Assembly: GCA_034659075.1 (NCBI GenBank)
Contig: JAYEGM010000222.1
Span: forward strand, 290 to 64,289
DNA from: Pseudomonadota bacterium
GTDB taxonomy: Bacteria > Pseudomonadota > Gammaproteobacteria > BMS3Bbin11
Direction of reading: 5' to 3'
Length of the DNA: 64,000 bases
A program made the translations under genes and the position numbers. Below, piece by piece: positions 60,685 through 64,000 of the stretch. The notes beneath the pieces are model-generated. The model saw only the letters and a program-made list of their open reading frames with translations, did no database searches and was not told the origin of the DNA. Every line of letters begins with the position of its first letter. The first letter of the stretch is position 1.

Positions 60685-61460
60685 AAATGGATTTCTACCG
60701 GCACATTACCGCCGTCAAAAACCATTAATGACTGCGGTGTCACTTCTGTCCAGTCCGCATCATCCGTCAACGGCTCAGAGGCAACCAGACAGGCGCCGGG
60801 AAATGGCGGGGGATTTAGTGAGTAATATAACGAAGGACAGTTTCCATTGATTGCACAGCGCATCGCCCAGATTTTCCCGGGGACAGCAATGATTATATTT
60901 AACAGACCGCGTTCATCTTTTAACCAGGCTTTTAATCGCGAAACCATTTCAATCAATGCCGCAGCCGGGTCATTTGTATTCATTTCCCACATGATTTGCT
61001 TAAACAGGATGAACAAGTGCTCTGAATCGGTATTGCCTTCGATAAAATCCTCGAATTCAGGTTTAAATTCTCGCCGTAAACATGAACGAAGTGTGCGTGA
61101 AAATTTATTAATATAACCGTTATGCATGAACTGAAATTTTTCATCCGCATAAGGCATGGTATTGGCAAGATTGATCGGGATATTTGTCGTGGCACTGCGC
61201 ACAACAGCTACCCAGGTATCAGATTTCAACCCTCGGCCTAACTCAGGCAAATTCGGATCGGTCCAGATAGGCATGGTCTGTCGATATCGTAATGGCTGAC
61301 CCATCTGATCAAACCAGCCAAAGCCGTAGCCATCAGCATTCAGCCTGGCTTCTATCATTTCTCTGGGAGCCCATGACTGCTTCACCAGGCTATGCTCCGG
61401 CTTGAGCAGCATTTCTTCTAGCCGCAAAGCAGGACCAATATAAGCTGCAAGTCTGCACAT
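60681..61460 (-). CDS. egtC: Class-II glutamine amidotransferase EgtC-like amidohydrolase
   Basis: N-terminal MCRLAAYIG (Ntn Cys nucleophile); ...DGYGFGWFD; about 259 aa, typical of EgtC. Confidence 0.75.
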   Translation of the reverse strand: MCRLAAYIGPALRLEEMLLKPEHSLVKQSWAPREMIEARLNADGYGFGWFDQMGQPLRYRQTMPIWTDPNLPELGRGLKSDTWVAVVRSATTNIPINLANTMPYADEKFQFMHNGYINKFSRTLRSCLRREFKPEFEDFIEGNTDSEHLFILFKQIMWEMNTNDPAAALIEMVSRLKAWLKDERGLLNIIIAVPGKIWAMRCAINGNCPSLYYSLNPPPFPGACLVASEPLTDDADWTEVTPQSLMVFDGGNVPVEIHL

Positions 61461-61536
61461 AATTCTCTCTGAAACTTTATTAGACAGTAAACTGTCACTT
61501 AGTATAATGAAAAATAATTAAAAACAAAGGAATGCT

Positions 61537-62541
61537 ATGCAAGAAGCTGTAAAAATTGACTCAAGCCGGTTTCAGTTAAACCGGCTATCACCGGAACAGC
61601 ATCTAGATTCACTGGTAGAGGACATCTACGCAGGTTTGCTGAGCCGCCCCCGCAGCTTGCCGCCAAAGTACTTCTATGATGAGCGCGGCTCTATGCTATT
61701 TGATCAGATTTGCCAGACCAATGAGTATTACCTGACGCGAGCTGAATCCGCACTTTTAAAGAAGCATGCCGATGAGATCGTCGCCACTGTAAGGCCAACG
61801 GCTATTGTTGAATACGGCAGTGGCACATCCGAAAAAACCGAGCTGCTTATTCAGGCAGCCAATCAGCATTACGACTGGTTGCATTACCTGCCGCTGGATG
61901 TCTGCGAAGAAATACTGATTGAGTCGTCGAAGCGTCTGTTAGACAGATATCCCTGGTTATCCATTGATGCATGGCATGGTGACTTTTTACATGATATGCA
62001 ACTATTCAATAATAGTCATACACGCAGCCTTTATACTTTTCTTGGCAGCTCCTTAGGTAATTTTTCATATGATGAGGCCAGCCAGTTTTTGCGCGATGTG
62101 AGAAATACAGCCTATGACGATGACTGGTTTCTGCTGGGTATTGATATGGTCAAAGATCACAGCATCCTGAATGCTGCCTATAATGACATTGAGGGATACA
62201 CAGCAGCATTTAACCTTAATCTGCTGAATGTACTGAACCAGGCACTTGATGGTAATTTTAATACTGAAAAATTCGAACACCACGCTTTTTTTGATGTTGA
62301 TAATTCCCGTGTCGAAATGCGTTTACGCTCCTGTTGCCGGCAAACCGTTATACTCCGGGATATTGATTTAAAGATAGATTTCGAGGATGGCGAACACATT
62401 ACTACGGAATACAGCCGGAAATACACAGCCGACTCGATACACCAGCTATTGACCAGCACCGGCTTCTCTCCAGAGCATATATACACGGGTGACAACAATG
62501 AATTTATGCTGATCCTTTCTCGATGTTCAAAAGCCGATTAA
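61537..62541 (+). CDS. egtD: L-histidine N-alpha-methyltransferase EgtD
   Basis: Hallmark motif LPPKYFYDERGSMLFDQI... and SAM-binding VEYGSGTSEKT; about 330 aa. Confidence 0.88.
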   Translation: MQEAVKIDSSRFQLNRLSPEQHLDSLVEDIYAGLLSRPRSLPPKYFYDERGSMLFDQICQTNEYYLTRAESALLKKHADEIVATVRPTAIVEYGSGTSEKTELLIQAANQHYDWLHYLPLDVCEEILIESSKRLLDRYPWLSIDAWHGDFLHDMQLFNNSHTRSLYTFLGSSLGNFSYDEASQFLRDVRNTAYDDDWFLLGIDMVKDHSILNAAYNDIEGYTAAFNLNLLNVLNQALDGNFNTEKFEHHAFFDVDNSRVEMRLRSCCRQTVILRDIDLKIDFEDGEHITTEYSRKYTADSIHQLLTSTGFSPEHIYTGDNNEFMLILSRCSKAD

Positions 62542-62600
62542 GAATAATAGTTCAAAGTTGGAAGACAGAAGACAATAGGGTATAAAATAACTCTCTTCTT

Positions 62601-63911
62601 ATGACAAAAACGACCAGAACTTTAGCCCCGCGAAAAGAACTTATTTCCTGGGCAATGTATGACTTTGCTAATTCCGGCTACACCACCGTTGTTTTAACTG
62701 CTATTTTCAATGCCTATTTTGTTGGCGTTATCGCCGCATCAGTTGATAGCACTAACGGTGGCACAGGCACCTTGCTGTGGAGTTTAAGTATCGGTGCTGC
62801 AAATACATTGATTCTTTTTACTGCGCCTGTACTCGGAGCAATCGCTGACTTCTCAGCGTCCAAGAAAAAGATGCTTGCCTATAGCACGATTGGCTGTATC
62901 GTCATGACTGCCCTGCTAGGTTTTACCGGTCCAGATCAACTGCTACTCAGCATGTTATTTCTGGCGGGCTCGGCATTTTTGTTTGGTACCGGCGAAAACC
63001 TGATCGCGGCATTTCTGCCGGAAATTGCCCCGCCGGATAAAGTCGGCAAGGTTTCCGGTTTCAGCTGGGCACTGGGCTATGTAGGCGGCCTGCTGGTACT
63101 CGCACTCTGCCTCATCTATATAGAAAGCGTTAAGCCATTGGGACAGACTGCAGAACAATATGTCCCTGTTACACTCTGGATTACCGCCCTGATTTTTGCC
63201 CTGGCAGCTACACCAACTTTCCTTTTCCTGAAAGAAAGGGCTCAACCAGCAGGCAGTACGCCTTCCACAATATCTTCTTATACCCGGACCGGCTTTTCCC
63301 GCCTCAAGCAAACCCTGCAGCACAGGCACCAGTTTCGTGACCTGTTTCGGTTTCTTTTCGCATTGAGCATCTTCAGCAGCGGGGTCTATACCGTTATTGT
63401 CATCGCAGCCATCTATGCCCAGGAAGTGATGCACTTCTCCACTACTGAAAATATCATCATGATCATGGTGGTCAATATCACAGCTGCTATCGGTGCCTTT
63501 GTCTTCGGGCTGTTTCAGGATCGCCTGGGAGCTAAACGCACATTAGAGCTGACATTACTAATATGGATACTCGCCATTACTGTTGCCTGGCAAGGTGAGA
63601 CGAAGACCCAATTCTGGATCGCCGCCAATTTAATCGGGCTGGCCATGGGCTCCAGTCAGTCAGCCGGGCGTGCCCTGGTGGCTCTGTTTGCCCCGGATGG
63701 CCGCACAGCTGAATTTTTTGGCCTGTGGGGCCTGTCAATCAAACTGGCCGCCATCATTGGCCCCATGAGCTATGGAATCATCGCCTGGTACAGCAACGGC
63801 GACCACCGCCAGGCCATTTTCTCTACTTTGATGTTTTTTGTTGTCGGATTAATCGTCCTGTTTACTGTAAATGAAAAGCGTGGACGGGAGGCGGCGGTGG
63901 TTGGGGAGTAG
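62601..63911 (+). CDS. MFS transporter (UMF1/Atg22-like family)
   Basis: 436 aa, 12 TM; N-terminal SWAMYDFANSGYTTVVLTAIF is characteristic of Atg22-like MFS. Confidence 0.85.
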   Translation: MTKTTRTLAPRKELISWAMYDFANSGYTTVVLTAIFNAYFVGVIAASVDSTNGGTGTLLWSLSIGAANTLILFTAPVLGAIADFSASKKKMLAYSTIGCIVMTALLGFTGPDQLLLSMLFLAGSAFLFGTGENLIAAFLPEIAPPDKVGKVSGFSWALGYVGGLLVLALCLIYIESVKPLGQTAEQYVPVTLWITALIFALAATPTFLFLKERAQPAGSTPSTISSYTRTGFSRLKQTLQHRHQFRDLFRFLFALSIFSSGVYTVIVIAAIYAQEVMHFSTTENIIMIMVVNITAAIGAFVFGLFQDRLGAKRTLELTLLIWILAITVAWQGETKTQFWIAANLIGLAMGSSQSAGRALVALFAPDGRTAEFFGLWGLSIKLAAIIGPMSYGIIAWYSNGDHRQAIFSTLMFFVVGLIVLFTVNEKRGREAAVVGE

Positions 63912-63912
63912 A

Positions 63913-63975
63913 AGTTTCAAGTTTCAAGTTTCAAGTCTTAAGACGAAAGACGAAAGACGAAAGACGAAAGACGAA
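63913..63975. repeat. Tandem heptamer arrays (agtttca)x3 then (agacgaa)x5 directly after the MFS stop codon
   Basis: Read directly from the sequence. Confidence 0.9.
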
Positions 63976-64000
63976 AAATTATGGAGCAAGGGGGAAAATG

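Overview
This window reads as a gammaproteobacterial chromosomal segment of about 48-50% GC, made mostly of conserved housekeeping synteny with a few accessory patches. The core genes, in order, are: recN (3-prime end), fur, bamE, rnfH/ratA, an NSS transporter and smpB-ssrA(tmRNA); then ppiD, tRNA-Asp, tRNA-Val, hupB, lon, clpX, clpP, tig and tRNA-Leu on the minus strand; then typA/bipA, pepN, heme A synthase ctaA, msrPQ, a moxR-DUF58-DUF4381-batA-batB/C-batD operon, purL, bamC and dapA. Accessory content called from sequence: (1) an AT-rich islet of about 2.2 kb directly at the tmRNA 3-prime end, carrying one secreted Cys-rich coiled-coil gene and ending in a degenerate copy of the tmRNA 3-prime end followed by a terminator; (2) a membrane protein resembling an M48/M56 peptidase with the HExxH site replaced by RExxK; (3) a 1159-aa fusion of GltD/NfnB-like and PyrK/NfnA-like oxidoreductase domains; (4) two PAS-GGDEF-EAL proteins, one translationally coupled to a DUF2892 membrane protein; (5) a sulfotransferase-like gene paired with a thioredoxin-HEAT gene; (6) an OmpR-type response regulator and sensor kinase pair; (7) a solitary DUF2384 (Xre/ParS/MbcA-type antitoxin-like) gene with no RES toxin nearby, divergent from a small membrane protein across a palindromic operator; (8) an ergothioneine cluster (egtD divergent from egtC-egtB) with an adjacent Atg22-like MFS transporter. 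A recurring family of intergenic elements built from tandem 7-nt repeats, often arranged as palindromes, sits at gene 3-prime ends. No CRISPR array, restriction-modification system, integrase or transposase is visible. All product calls rest on motif and family recognition from the translations and on gene-order knowledge; no database searches were run.
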